A stretch of DNA of 64,000 bases from an uncultured Actinomycetes bacterium (GTDB lineage Bacteria; Actinomycetota; UBA4738; HRBIN12), in contig CAVTOC010000005.1 in NCBI GenBank assembly GCA_963736335.1, forward strand, positions 327,925 to 391,924. Reading direction: 5' to 3'. This document shows, piece after piece, positions 1 through 7,836 of the stretch. The notes beneath the pieces were generated by a model. That model did not search any database and was not told where the DNA came from. It worked only from the letters and a program-made list of their open reading frames with translations. A program made the translations under genes and the position numbers. The number at the start of each line of letters is the position of its first letter. The stretch's first letter is position 1.

Positions 1-163
1 TGGCCGCCTTTCGGAGCGTCTCGACCTGGTCCAGGAGCTCCGCACCGCCGCTCTCGGCGATCGCGTCGCCGAGCATCGTCGTCAGGAGCCGCACGTTGTG
101 GCGGAGCTCCAGGGATCGCGGGCCCGCGCGCCGGCCGGCGGGGCCGGACTCGCGATCGGCCAC
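1..163 (-). CDS. ppc: phosphoenolpyruvate carboxylase, N-terminal fragment (continues past window edge)
   Basis: Minus-strand reading from GTG at 163-161 (GAGGAG 8 nt upstream) gives VADRESGPAGRRAGPRSLELRHNVRLLTTMLGDAIAESGGAELLDQVETLRKAA. This fits the conserved PEPC N-terminal pattern LRxxVRLLxxxLGDxI...VExxR. Only 54 codons are visible. Confidence 0.45.
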   Translation of the reverse strand, partial: MADRESGPAGRRAGPRSLELRHNVRLLTTMLGDAIAESGGAELLDQVETLRKAA

Positions 164-168
164 GAGGA

Positions 169-1176
169 TCAGCTCCTCAGGGCGTCCGGGTTGAGCAGGG
201 TCGGCGGACGTTCGCCGTCGAGCGCGGCGAACACGTTCCGCACGGCGAGCTGTCCCATGGCGTTGCGGGTGTCCACGGTGGCGCTGCCCAGATGGGGGAT
301 CACCACGACGTTCTCGAGCGAGAGCAGTCGCTCCTCGACCTCCGGCTCTCGTTCGAACACGTCGAGGCCCGCGGCGAAGATCTCACCGGATGCGAGCGCG
401 TCGGCGAGCGCGAGCTCGTCGACCACCGGGCCGCGCGAGGTGTTCACCAGAACGGCCGTTCGCTTCATCCGTGTGAACGTTTCCGCGTTGAACAGGTGCC
501 GCGTTTCGGGCGTGAGGTTCGTGTGGATGGAGACGAAGTCGGCCTCGGCGAGCAGGTCGTCGAGCTCGCGTCGCTCGGCACCGGTCTCGGCCTCGACGTC
601 CCCCGGGAGCTGCGCCGAGTCGCTGTAGATCACGCGCATCCCGAACCCAGTGGCGCGGCGGGCGACCGCCTGGCCGATGCGTCCGAACCCGACGATCCCG
701 ATCGTCTTGTGGTGCACGTCCTGGCCGAGCATCATCAGCGGCCCCCAGATCCACGGCCTGCGAGCGCGGAGGAGTCGTTCGCCCTCACCGACACGTCGCG
801 CGGCGGCCATGAGCAGGGCGAACGCGGTGTCGGCGGTCGTCTCGGTCAGGACGTCGGGCGTGTTCGTCGCCAGGACGCCCGCGGCCGTGCACGCCGCCAC
901 GTCGATGTTGTCGAACCCCACCGCGTGGTTCGCCACGATCGTGAGCTGCGGCCCCGCGCGCTCGAGGAACTCGGCGTCCACTTGCTCGGTCAGCATCGTG
1001 ATGATCGCGTCGCGACCGGCGATGACCTTGAGCAGCTCGTCGCGGGGGATGCCGAACTCGTTCTCATGGATGGTCACGTCGCATCGCTCGCGGAGGATGC
1101 TCGTCGGCTCCTCCATGATCGGCCGGGTGACCAAGACGTTCGCGCGTTCGCTCATCGGCTCATGATATGGAATCAT
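169..1176 (-). CDS. D-isomer-specific 2-hydroxyacid dehydrogenase (glyoxylate/hydroxypyruvate reductase-like)
   Basis: 335-aa ORF with NAD-binding GIVGFGRIGQAV, a catalytic-region HLGSAT, and the overall GhrB-like layout. The real start is probably the internal Met at 1155 (MSERANVLVTRP). Confidence 0.9.
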   Translation of the reverse strand: MIPYHEPMSERANVLVTRPIMEEPTSILRERCDVTIHENEFGIPRDELLKVIAGRDAIITMLTEQVDAEFLERAGPQLTIVANHAVGFDNIDVAACTAAGVLATNTPDVLTETTADTAFALLMAAARRVGEGERLLRARRPWIWGPLMMLGQDVHHKTIGIVGFGRIGQAVARRATGFGMRVIYSDSAQLPGDVEAETGAERRELDDLLAEADFVSIHTNLTPETRHLFNAETFTRMKRTAVLVNTSRGPVVDELALADALASGEIFAAGLDVFEREPEVEERLLSLENVVVIPHLGSATVDTRNAMGQLAVRNVFAALDGERPPTLLNPDALRS

Positions 1177-1717
1177 CCGCCGGTGCCGTCACTCCTCCCC
1201 GACGCCATCGAGACCCAGCGCCTGCGGCTGCGTCCGCTGGAGATCGGCCGACGCCGAGGCGCTGAACGCCATCCAGTCCGATCCCCATCACATGCGGTTC
1301 TACCCGCACCCGTTCAGCATGCAGGAGTCACGCGAGTGGATCGCGCGGATGCATGAGCGCGCCGCTCGCGACGGGTTCGCACTGTTGGCGGTGGAGGACC
1401 GCGAGACGGGGGAGTTCCTCGGCAACGTCGGGCCGATCCTGCAGCACGTCGACGACGTGGACGAGGTGGAGCTCGGGTGGTCGATCACCCCGACGCGCGC
1501 CCGGCAAGGGATCGCCACCGAGGCGGCGTTCGCCTGTCGCGACTGGGTCTTCGCGACGCTGCCGATCGACCACGTGATCTCGCTGATCCTCCCGGCCAAC
1601 ACGCCGTCGCGCGGCGTGGCCGAGAACCTGGGGATGACGGTGTGGAAGCAGGTTCCGTGGGGGACGCTGAAGCCGCAGACGCACCTGGTGTACCGGCTGG
1701 ACCGTCCCGCGGCCTGA
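1162..1717 (+). pseudogene. GNAT N-acetyltransferase (RimJ/RimL-like) split by an apparent +1 frameshift
   Basis: Frame 1 from ATG 1162 encodes MIWNHPPVPSLLPDAIETQRLRLRPLEI. Frame 2 continues ADAEALNAIQSDPHHMRFYPHPFS...GIATEAAFACRDWVF...SRGVAENLGM. One conserved N-terminal GNAT motif is therefore divided between two frames, with the junction near 1243-1250. Frame 2 has no start codon between its upstream stop (1163-1165) and ATG 1292. Confidence 0.7.
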
Positions 1718-1721
1718 CCCG

Positions 1722-2366
1722 TCAGAGCTCGAGCAGCTCGCGCAGCCGTCCGGCGACCGCCAGCCCGATCGCGCGGTGACCGTCGGCTTCGAAGTGGATG
1801 CCGTCGACGGGACTGGACGAGACGTGGTCCCGCAGGTCCAGCAGCGGGATGTCGATCCCGTCCTCCGCGGACTGTGCGGCGGCATCACGAAACGCCTGGC
1901 TCAGGCGCTCCGACTCGCGCCCGGCGTCGGGGGACTCGTTCAGGTCCCAAGCGCCGAGTTGGGCGAACGGGGGAGGGACCACCACGAGCACGGCCGGGGC
2001 ACTGCCGGCGGGTCCGAAGTCGCTCGTGCGCGCAACCTCGGCGAGCTTCATGGCGCCGTGCGCCGCGTGATACGCGTTCAGGCCGGGCAGGAACAGGTCG
2101 TTCGTCGCCAGGTCGATGACGACTGCGTCGAGCGGCGCGTGGGTCTCCAGCGCCACCGGCAGGAACGCGAGCCCGTTCCGGTTCGGTTCGAACGGGACGT
2201 CGAACACGGTCGTGCGGCCGTTCTGCCCTTCCTCGATCACGTGGACGTCGTCGCCGAGCTCGCGTTGCAGGACGCCCGGCCACCGTTCCCAGCGCGTCAG
2301 ACGTTCCTGCGTCGAGGCCCGGTACCCCCAGGTGTTCGAGTCGCCGTAGCAGAGGACCGCGGTCAC
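1722..2366 (-). CDS. SGNH/GDSL-family hydrolase (esterase/lipase)
   Basis: Block I motif YGDSNTWGY at the N-terminus and block V motif DGIHF near the C-terminus. 214 aa. Confidence 0.85.
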   Translation of the reverse strand: MTAVLCYGDSNTWGYRASTQERLTRWERWPGVLQRELGDDVHVIEEGQNGRTTVFDVPFEPNRNGLAFLPVALETHAPLDAVVIDLATNDLFLPGLNAYHAAHGAMKLAEVARTSDFGPAGSAPAVLVVVPPPFAQLGAWDLNESPDAGRESERLSQAFRDAAAQSAEDGIDIPLLDLRDHVSSSPVDGIHFEADGHRAIGLAVAGRLRELLEL

Positions 2367-2367
2367 G

Positions 2368-2874
2368 CTACTCCGCGATGTCGATCCGCTCGATCACGAC
2401 GTCCTCGACCGGCTTGTCCTGCGCGCCGACCGGCGTCTTGGCGATCGTCTCCACCACATCGTAGCCGTCGGTCACCTGTCCGAAGATCGTGTGCTTGCCG
2501 TTCAGCCACGGCGTCTCGCCGACCGTGACGAAGAACTGCGAGCCGTTCGTGCCCGGGCCGGCGTTCGCCATGGCCAGGCGTCCGACCTGGTTGAACGTCG
2601 GGCCGCCGGACGGGACCTCGTCCTTGAACGTGTAGCCGGGGCCGCCGCGGCCGGTGCCCTCTGGGTCGCCGCCCTGGATCATGAAGCCGTCGATCACGCG
2701 GTGGAAGATCGTGCCGGGATAGAGCGGGTCGGACTTCTTCCCGCCGTCGCGGCCGGTCCACTCCTTGCCGCCGGTCGCCAGCCCGACGAAGTTGGCGACG
2801 GTCTCCGGCGCGTGCTCGGGCATGAGCGTGACGGTGAACGAACCCTTGTTGGTGACGAACGTGGCCGTGGTCAT
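2368..2874 (-). CDS. cyclophilin-type peptidyl-prolyl cis-trans isomerase
   Basis: 168 aa. FHRVIDGFMIQGGDP and NGSQFFVT...WLNGKHTIFGQV are classic cyclophilin signatures. Confidence 0.95.
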   Translation of the reverse strand: MTTATFVTNKGSFTVTLMPEHAPETVANFVGLATGGKEWTGRDGGKKSDPLYPGTIFHRVIDGFMIQGGDPEGTGRGGPGYTFKDEVPSGGPTFNQVGRLAMANAGPGTNGSQFFVTVGETPWLNGKHTIFGQVTDGYDVVETIAKTPVGAQDKPVEDVVIERIDIAE

Positions 2875-3024
2875 GATCGGTCTCCTTCCGAACGGGAGAC
2901 CGAGTCTACGCGCCCGCGAGCGCCTCGATCTGCGCGGTGTGGAGCGGAAGGTGCACGAAGTCGGCCGAGGACGACGCCGTCCCCAGGAACCGGTCGTACG
3001 CGGCTCGCAGACCAGCCGTGTCCG

Positions 3025-3495
3025 TCACGCTGCACCGTTCGCCGCCGCCCCGAACCGCTCCTCGAACACCAGGGTCCATCCGCCCGCGTACTCACCGCGC
3101 CCCTGCTGTGCCAGGGCGCCGAGCCGCTCCCAACCGCGATGCTCGAGGTCGACGCGCGTCCGGCCGTCGTCCTGTCCGATGAACTGGATCTCGACCTCGG
3201 TGGGCGGCAGCTCCGTGCGGTTCGGCTTCCATGCCATCACCAGGCGATGCGGCGCTTCCCACACCAGGACCGTGCCCCAGCTTCCCTCGGAGCCGTCGGA
3301 CATCGTCTCGAAGATCCGTCCGCCCACCCAGGGTTCCACGACGACGTTCTCGGTCTTCACCTGCGCGTCCTCCTGATCGGCGGCGCGCGAGAACTCCCGG
3401 ACCGGCCACCACGTCCCCATGCCTTCGGTGAAGACCTCGAACGCCCTCTCCACCGAACACGTCACCATCACACTGCGTCGGATGGGATCGATCAC
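3025..3495 (-). CDS. SRPBCC/AHSA1-like domain protein
   Basis: 156 aa. The N-terminus IRRSVMVTCSVERAFEVFTEGMGTWWP is typical of Aha1/SRPBCC proteins. It overlaps the upstream ArsR gene by 4 nt, a common ArsR-SRPBCC pairing. Confidence 0.75.
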   Translation of the reverse strand: MIDPIRRSVMVTCSVERAFEVFTEGMGTWWPVREFSRAADQEDAQVKTENVVVEPWVGGRIFETMSDGSEGSWGTVLVWEAPHRLVMAWKPNRTELPPTEVEIQFIGQDDGRTRVDLEHRGWERLGALAQQGRGEYAGGWTLVFEERFGAAANGAA

Positions 3496-3815
3496 CGCGT
3501 CTCTCCTTCCTCGTCGGCCGCGTCCTTGAACGCGGCGAGCGCATCGGCCCAGAGGCTCTCGAGGTACGTCCGAAGGGCGGCGAGGCCCTCGGGGTCGACG
3601 CGATAGAGGTGCCGGGTGCCGTCCCTACGCTCCGTCACGAGGCCCGCTCCCTTCAGGACCCTCAGGTGCTGGGAGACGGCCGGCCGGCTGACCGGGAGCT
3701 CGGCCGCGATGTCCACGACGGCACGCGGCCCGTCGCGCAGGAGCCCCAGGACCGCCCGCCGGGTCGGGTCCCCCAGCGCGTCCAGCACCTCGGCAGCGGT
3801 CGATGAGTAAGCCAT
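3492..3815 (-). CDS. ArsR/SmtB-family HTH transcriptional regulator
   Basis: 107 aa. LGDPTRRAVLGLL...VDIAAELPVSRPAVSQHLRVLKGAGLV is the ArsR winged-helix signature. Confidence 0.9.
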   Translation of the reverse strand: MAYSSTAAEVLDALGDPTRRAVLGLLRDGPRAVVDIAAELPVSRPAVSQHLRVLKGAGLVTERRDGTRHLYRVDPEGLAALRTYLESLWADALAAFKDAADEEGETR

Positions 3816-3816
3816 A

Positions 3817-3840
3817 ACTTACGGTAAGTATCGGCTTACG
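3817..3840. promoter_or_regulatory. AT-rich overlapping inverted repeats (candidate ArsR operator / divergent promoter)
   Basis: ACTTAC-G-GTAAGT (3817-3829) abuts the arsR start codon, and a third CTTAC half-site lies at 3835-3839. This is the only AT-rich patch in the 29-nt arsR / GT2 divergent spacer. Confidence 0.35.
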
Positions 3841-3844
3841 CGAC

Positions 3845-5668
3845 GTGGCATGTCAACCTCATTCGAGGAGGCGGGACGGCCGTGACGGATCGGCGGCGCG
3901 ACTAAGGACTCAGAGCCCGGGGGCCGAGAACATATCCGTGTCTACCCCGGTGATCCGACGCCTGGACCCCACAGATCTCGGGCCCCAGCACGTCTATCCG
4001 AGGCCTGCGCCGCCACGCGTGGTCATCACGATGCCTGCCTATCAATCCGAGCTCACGCTCGAGCGCACGGTGCTCGCGATCCCCGAGGGTTTCGCCGACG
4101 AGCTCATCCTGGTGGACGACGCCAGCCGGGACGGAACGGTGGATCTCGCTCGCAGGCTCGGCCTCCAGGTGCACGTGCACCCCGTGAATCGGGGGTACGG
4201 GGCGAATCAGAAGACGTGTTACTCGCTGGCGCTCGCCTCGGATGCGGACATCGTGGTCCTGCTGCATCCGGACTATCAGTACGAGCCGAAGGCCGTACCG
4301 CTCCTGATCGCGCCGATCCTGGCCGGCGACGCCGACATGACGTTCGGCTCGCGGTTCGCCGGAATGGGCGACCCGCTCGGGGGCGGCATGCCTCGATACC
4401 GGTACCTGGGCAACCGGGTCACCACCTCGGCACAGAACCTGATGCTCGGCACCAGGTTCACGGACATGCACAGCGGGATGCGGGCGTACACACGGGCATG
4501 TCTGGAGTCGCTCCCGTTCCGTCGCTACTCCGAGGGGTTCGCATTCGATGCCGAACTGTTGGTCGACGCCGTCACGTCGGGTCAACGCGTGGTGGAGGTT
4601 CCCATCCCCACGCGATACACGAAGGAATCGTCCTCGATCTCGATCCTGCGGTCGCTCGCCTACGTGTGGCGCGGCATCGTGTACGCGGCCAGACGCGGCG
4701 CCGTTCGCGGGAGGCGGGGCAACCGCTACCTGCCGGGCTGGCGGCGTTCGCGGAGGCCCAAGAGCAAGGCCAAGGGTCCGATCAGCGTGGCGCGGTGCGT
4801 CTCGTGCGGCAGTGAGCGCATGCACCTCCGCTACCCGACGACCACGGCGGGCGACGTGCCGATGGAGGAGTTCCGGTGCACCACCTCAGCGCTCGGTATC
4901 CACGACGACATCTTCGAGTGCCCCCGTTGCGGGCTGCTCTCGTCGGCGCCGACGCTGAGTCCCGACGAGATCGTCGGGCGCTACGAAGAGGTCGTGGATG
5001 AGGAGTACCTGGCCGAGGAAGAGGAGCGCCGCGAGCTCTTCGGTTGGGTGTCCGAGCAGATGGATGCGTACTACGTGCCGGGCAGGCGGCTGCTCGAGAT
5101 CGGCTCCAACATCGGGCTCTTCCTCGCCGTCGCGGCGGAGCGCGGCTGGGATGTGTCGGGCATCGAACCTTCGGCCTGGGCGGTCGAGCAGGGCCGGGAG
5201 CGATTCGGCGTCGACCTCCGACAGGGCGTGATCGAGACGCTCGATGTCCCGCCGGGCTCGGTCGATGCCCTCGTGATGCTCGACGTCCTGGAGCATCTCG
5301 CCGACCCCGCCGAGGCCCTTCGCCGGATGCGGCCGATGATGGCCGAACAAGGGGTGCTTGCACTGGCCACCGTGAACGTCGAGAGCCTCCACGGCCGGCT
5401 GCGCGGTGGTGATTGGCCGTGGTTCATCCGGTCGCACCTGCACTACTTCCGGCCCGCCACGCTCACGAAGATGCTCTCCGACGCGGGGTTCGAGGCCGTC
5501 GAGTGGAGCGTCGTCCCGCGCTCGTTCCACATGTCGTACCTGCTGCACCGTGCGGCGGGCGTGATGCCCGGATCGAAGCTTGCTGAGGCAGCCGTCCGTT
5601 TCGGCGATCCGAAGATCCCCGTCGGGTGGATCGGCGACGTGACGTTGACGATCGCGCGGCCTCGTTAG
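3845..5668 (+). CDS. fusion protein: GT2 polyprenyl-phosphate-sugar synthase-like glycosyltransferase + Zn-ribbon + class I SAM methyltransferase
   Basis: N-terminal half: VVITMPAYQSE...LILVDDASRDGT...DADIVVLLHPD (GT2, Dpm1/Ppm1-like). Middle: CVSCGS...CPRCGL (Zn ribbon). C-terminal half: LLEIGSNIGLF...DALVMLDVLEHLADP (SAM-binding motifs I and post-I). The start is uncertain: GTG 3845 or in-frame GTG 3938, but in either case upstream of Met 4031. Confidence 0.85.
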   Translation: MACQPHSRRRDGRDGSAARLRTQSPGAENISVSTPVIRRLDPTDLGPQHVYPRPAPPRVVITMPAYQSELTLERTVLAIPEGFADELILVDDASRDGTVDLARRLGLQVHVHPVNRGYGANQKTCYSLALASDADIVVLLHPDYQYEPKAVPLLIAPILAGDADMTFGSRFAGMGDPLGGGMPRYRYLGNRVTTSAQNLMLGTRFTDMHSGMRAYTRACLESLPFRRYSEGFAFDAELLVDAVTSGQRVVEVPIPTRYTKESSSISILRSLAYVWRGIVYAARRGAVRGRRGNRYLPGWRRSRRPKSKAKGPISVARCVSCGSERMHLRYPTTTAGDVPMEEFRCTTSALGIHDDIFECPRCGLLSSAPTLSPDEIVGRYEEVVDEEYLAEEEERRELFGWVSEQMDAYYVPGRRLLEIGSNIGLFLAVAAERGWDVSGIEPSAWAVEQGRERFGVDLRQGVIETLDVPPGSVDALVMLDVLEHLADPAEALRRMRPMMAEQGVLALATVNVESLHGRLRGGDWPWFIRSHLHYFRPATLTKMLSDAGFEAVEWSVVPRSFHMSYLLHRAAGVMPGSKLAEAAVRFGDPKIPVGWIGDVTLTIARPR

Positions 5669-7167
5669 GTCGAGCGAGAGAACTCGATCACCTGGATCAC
5701 GCCGAACGTCCCGATCACCCTGGATGTGTACCCCTCCGGCCTGAGGCGGCCGTCCAGCCAGTCCCGGAACGGCACCTGCGGGTACCTCGTCACCAGCAGG
5801 AAGCGGTCCACCCCCGCCAACCGGCCGGTCACGAGACCCTCGAGGTAGTCGCGAGACTGGTTGTCGAGCATGTACGGCATCGGTACGACGTCGCCCTCCA
5901 TCGGGTAGTAGGACTGCACCGACATGAGGTAGCTGCGCTTCACGGGATCGGAGAACCAATCGAGCTGCGCCGATTCCACGAGCGCGGGGTGCAACAGGAC
6001 GATCGTGCCGGGGTCGGCGTGCGCGCGCTCGAACGCCGCCGCTCCACGCCAGTCCTCCCCGTTCTTCAAGGTGCTGCCGAACGCCAGGACGCTCGCGATG
6101 GCGAGCACGACGGCAACGATCCGACGGGCCGCCGCGGGCTCCAGCGACGCGATCACCCAACCCCCGAACAGCGCGATGGCCGGCCCCACCGATGCCATGT
6201 ACCGCGGGGCGAGGAAATCGACTGGTGTCAACGCCGTTATGAGGTAGAGCGTCACGACGGGGAACAGCAGCCAGCTGCCCAGCAGCACGAGGGTCGAGGA
6301 CCGCGCGGGCGCCGGCTCGATGCGAACGCGGTCATCCATCCGCGCGAGGAGCGCGCCCAGGAACACCGACACGACCAGGATCGGTGGTACGAGGACCATC
6401 GCGAATCCCGTCGCCGACGCGTCGCCCGGGATCGAGAGGGTCGATCGTCGATCCCACAGCGAGGCCAGCTGGATCGCCAGGGGAACGACGCCGGCCGTCA
6501 CGATCACCGCGACCGCAAGCAGTCGACGGACGGACACCTCGGTCTCTCCACGTCGCCGTCGGATCAACGCGTAGATGGCGTGGGGCACCAGGACGAGCGC
6601 GTAGAGGTAGTGCATCCACACGACCGTGACGGCGAGCAGGGCGTACACGAGGGCGAGCGACCAGCGGCGCCCGTCATCGAGCCATCGAACGAGCGCGTAG
6701 GTGGATGCGATGACCGCCAGGGTCGCCAGCGCGTACGGACGCGCCTCCGACGCCTCGAAGGCCACCGACTGGGTGGCCGCGAACACCAGGACGGAGAACC
6801 AGGCCGCCTCCCGGCCGATGAGGTTCCGGGCGAGCCGGTAGAGCAGCAGCACGGATACGACGGTCGCGATAAGCGACGGGAGACGCAGGACCACCTCGGA
6901 GTTCCCGCCGACGGTTCGGGCCGCCCACACGATCGAGTAGTAGAGCGGCGACTGACCGTGGAACGTGAGGGCGCGATGCACGGCGTCGCCGAGCCCGTCC
7001 TTGACGACCCACCAGGTGCCGAGCTCGTCCAGCCACAGGCTCGAGAACAGCGGTACCAGCCACAGGCTGCCGATCACCACGGCCGTCACGACCAGCAGCC
7101 AAGGGAGGTGCCCCGGGGCGGGCGGTTCCTCGACCGGCTGAGGGCGAGTCTGGACGTCGCTCTTCAT
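5665..7167 (-). CDS. GT-C fold membrane glycosyltransferase (PMT/ArnT-like, GT39/GT83-type)
   Basis: 500 aa and polytopic. The first extracytoplasmic loop carries LWLDELGTWW (the DE motif of PMT/ArnT-type enzymes). About 11 hydrophobic segments are followed by a soluble C-terminal domain. Its stop codon overlaps the stop of the convergent GT2 gene (TTAG). Confidence 0.7.
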   Translation of the reverse strand: MKSDVQTRPQPVEEPPAPGHLPWLLVVTAVVIGSLWLVPLFSSLWLDELGTWWVVKDGLGDAVHRALTFHGQSPLYYSIVWAARTVGGNSEVVLRLPSLIATVVSVLLLYRLARNLIGREAAWFSVLVFAATQSVAFEASEARPYALATLAVIASTYALVRWLDDGRRWSLALVYALLAVTVVWMHYLYALVLVPHAIYALIRRRRGETEVSVRRLLAVAVIVTAGVVPLAIQLASLWDRRSTLSIPGDASATGFAMVLVPPILVVSVFLGALLARMDDRVRIEPAPARSSTLVLLGSWLLFPVVTLYLITALTPVDFLAPRYMASVGPAIALFGGWVIASLEPAAARRIVAVVLAIASVLAFGSTLKNGEDWRGAAAFERAHADPGTIVLLHPALVESAQLDWFSDPVKRSYLMSVQSYYPMEGDVVPMPYMLDNQSRDYLEGLVTGRLAGVDRFLLVTRYPQVPFRDWLDGRLRPEGYTSRVIGTFGVIQVIEFSRST

Positions 7168-7201
7168 CGCGTTCCCGCCCCGGTCGGCTGCGTCGGCATG
7201 G

Positions 7202-7660
7202 CTATCCGGCGAGCGCCGCTCGCGCGTTCGGCACGGTGTCCTTCGGCGAGACCTTGTACCACGAGTGCTCGATGCGCCCGTCCTCGCCGATCAGGAACGA
7301 GGAGCGGATGATGCCCATGTACTTCTTCCCGTAGTTCATCTTCTCGCCCCACACGTCGTAGGCCTCGGCGATCGCATGGTCCGTATCGGCGAGCAGCGGG
7401 AACCCCAGCCCGAACTTCTGGTCGAACTTCTTCTGATCCTCGGGGACATCCGGGCTGATGCCGACCACGTCGACGCCGAGCGAGGAGAGGTCTTCGCGCG
7501 CGTCGCGCACCGCGCATGACTGCGTGGTGCACCCCGGGGTGTCGGCCGCCGGGTAGAAGTACACGAGTAGTTTCCGCCCCGCGAAATCGGACAGGTTCAC
7601 GGTCTCTCCGGCTTGGTCGAGCAACGAGAACGACGGCGCAGGATCCCCAGGCTTCAGCAT
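7202..7660 (-). CDS. bcp: thiol peroxidase / peroxiredoxin Bcp
   Basis: MLKPGDPAPSFSL...LLVYFYPAADTPGCTTQSCAVRD contains the peroxidatic Cys motif. The track ORF extends to 7723, but conserved Bcp sequence begins at Met 7660. Confidence 0.9.
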   Translation of the reverse strand: MLKPGDPAPSFSLLDQAGETVNLSDFAGRKLLVYFYPAADTPGCTTQSCAVRDAREDLSSLGVDVVGISPDVPEDQKKFDQKFGLGFPLLADTDHAIAEAYDVWGEKMNYGKKYMGIIRSSFLIGEDGRIEHSWYKVSPKDTVPNARAALAG

Positions 7661-7836
7661 GACTTGGAGGTTACCCCCGCTCGCATCCCGGTCATGGACC
7701 CAGCCCGGGAGAGGACCTTCCATCGCGATCGCGACTCATGCGTCCCCCTTTCCGGTCGTTCCGACCCCAGATGCGTGCCTCTGGAGGGGTATCGGCGCGA
7801 TCGGGACGAACTTGTAGTCGGTTCGACCCGAAACGT

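Noticed and set aside
5626-7311. 561-aa plus-strand ORF antisense to the GT-C gene. Similar long antisense ORFs occur at 8371-10179, 20295-22091, 20438-22213, 23247-25568, 47680-49617, 51101-53089, 51346-53238 and 53625-55799.
   Set aside because: All are R/G/P/D/H-rich with no recognisable motifs. Each overlaps an opposite-strand or other-frame gene that has strong family signatures. They were treated as shadow ORFs.
7800-7830. tRNA-like T-arm sequence GGTTCGACCCGA
   Set aside because: Only a 4-bp stem with a 6-nt loop can be drawn. No acceptor, D or anticodon arms are found in the flanking 80 nt on either strand.
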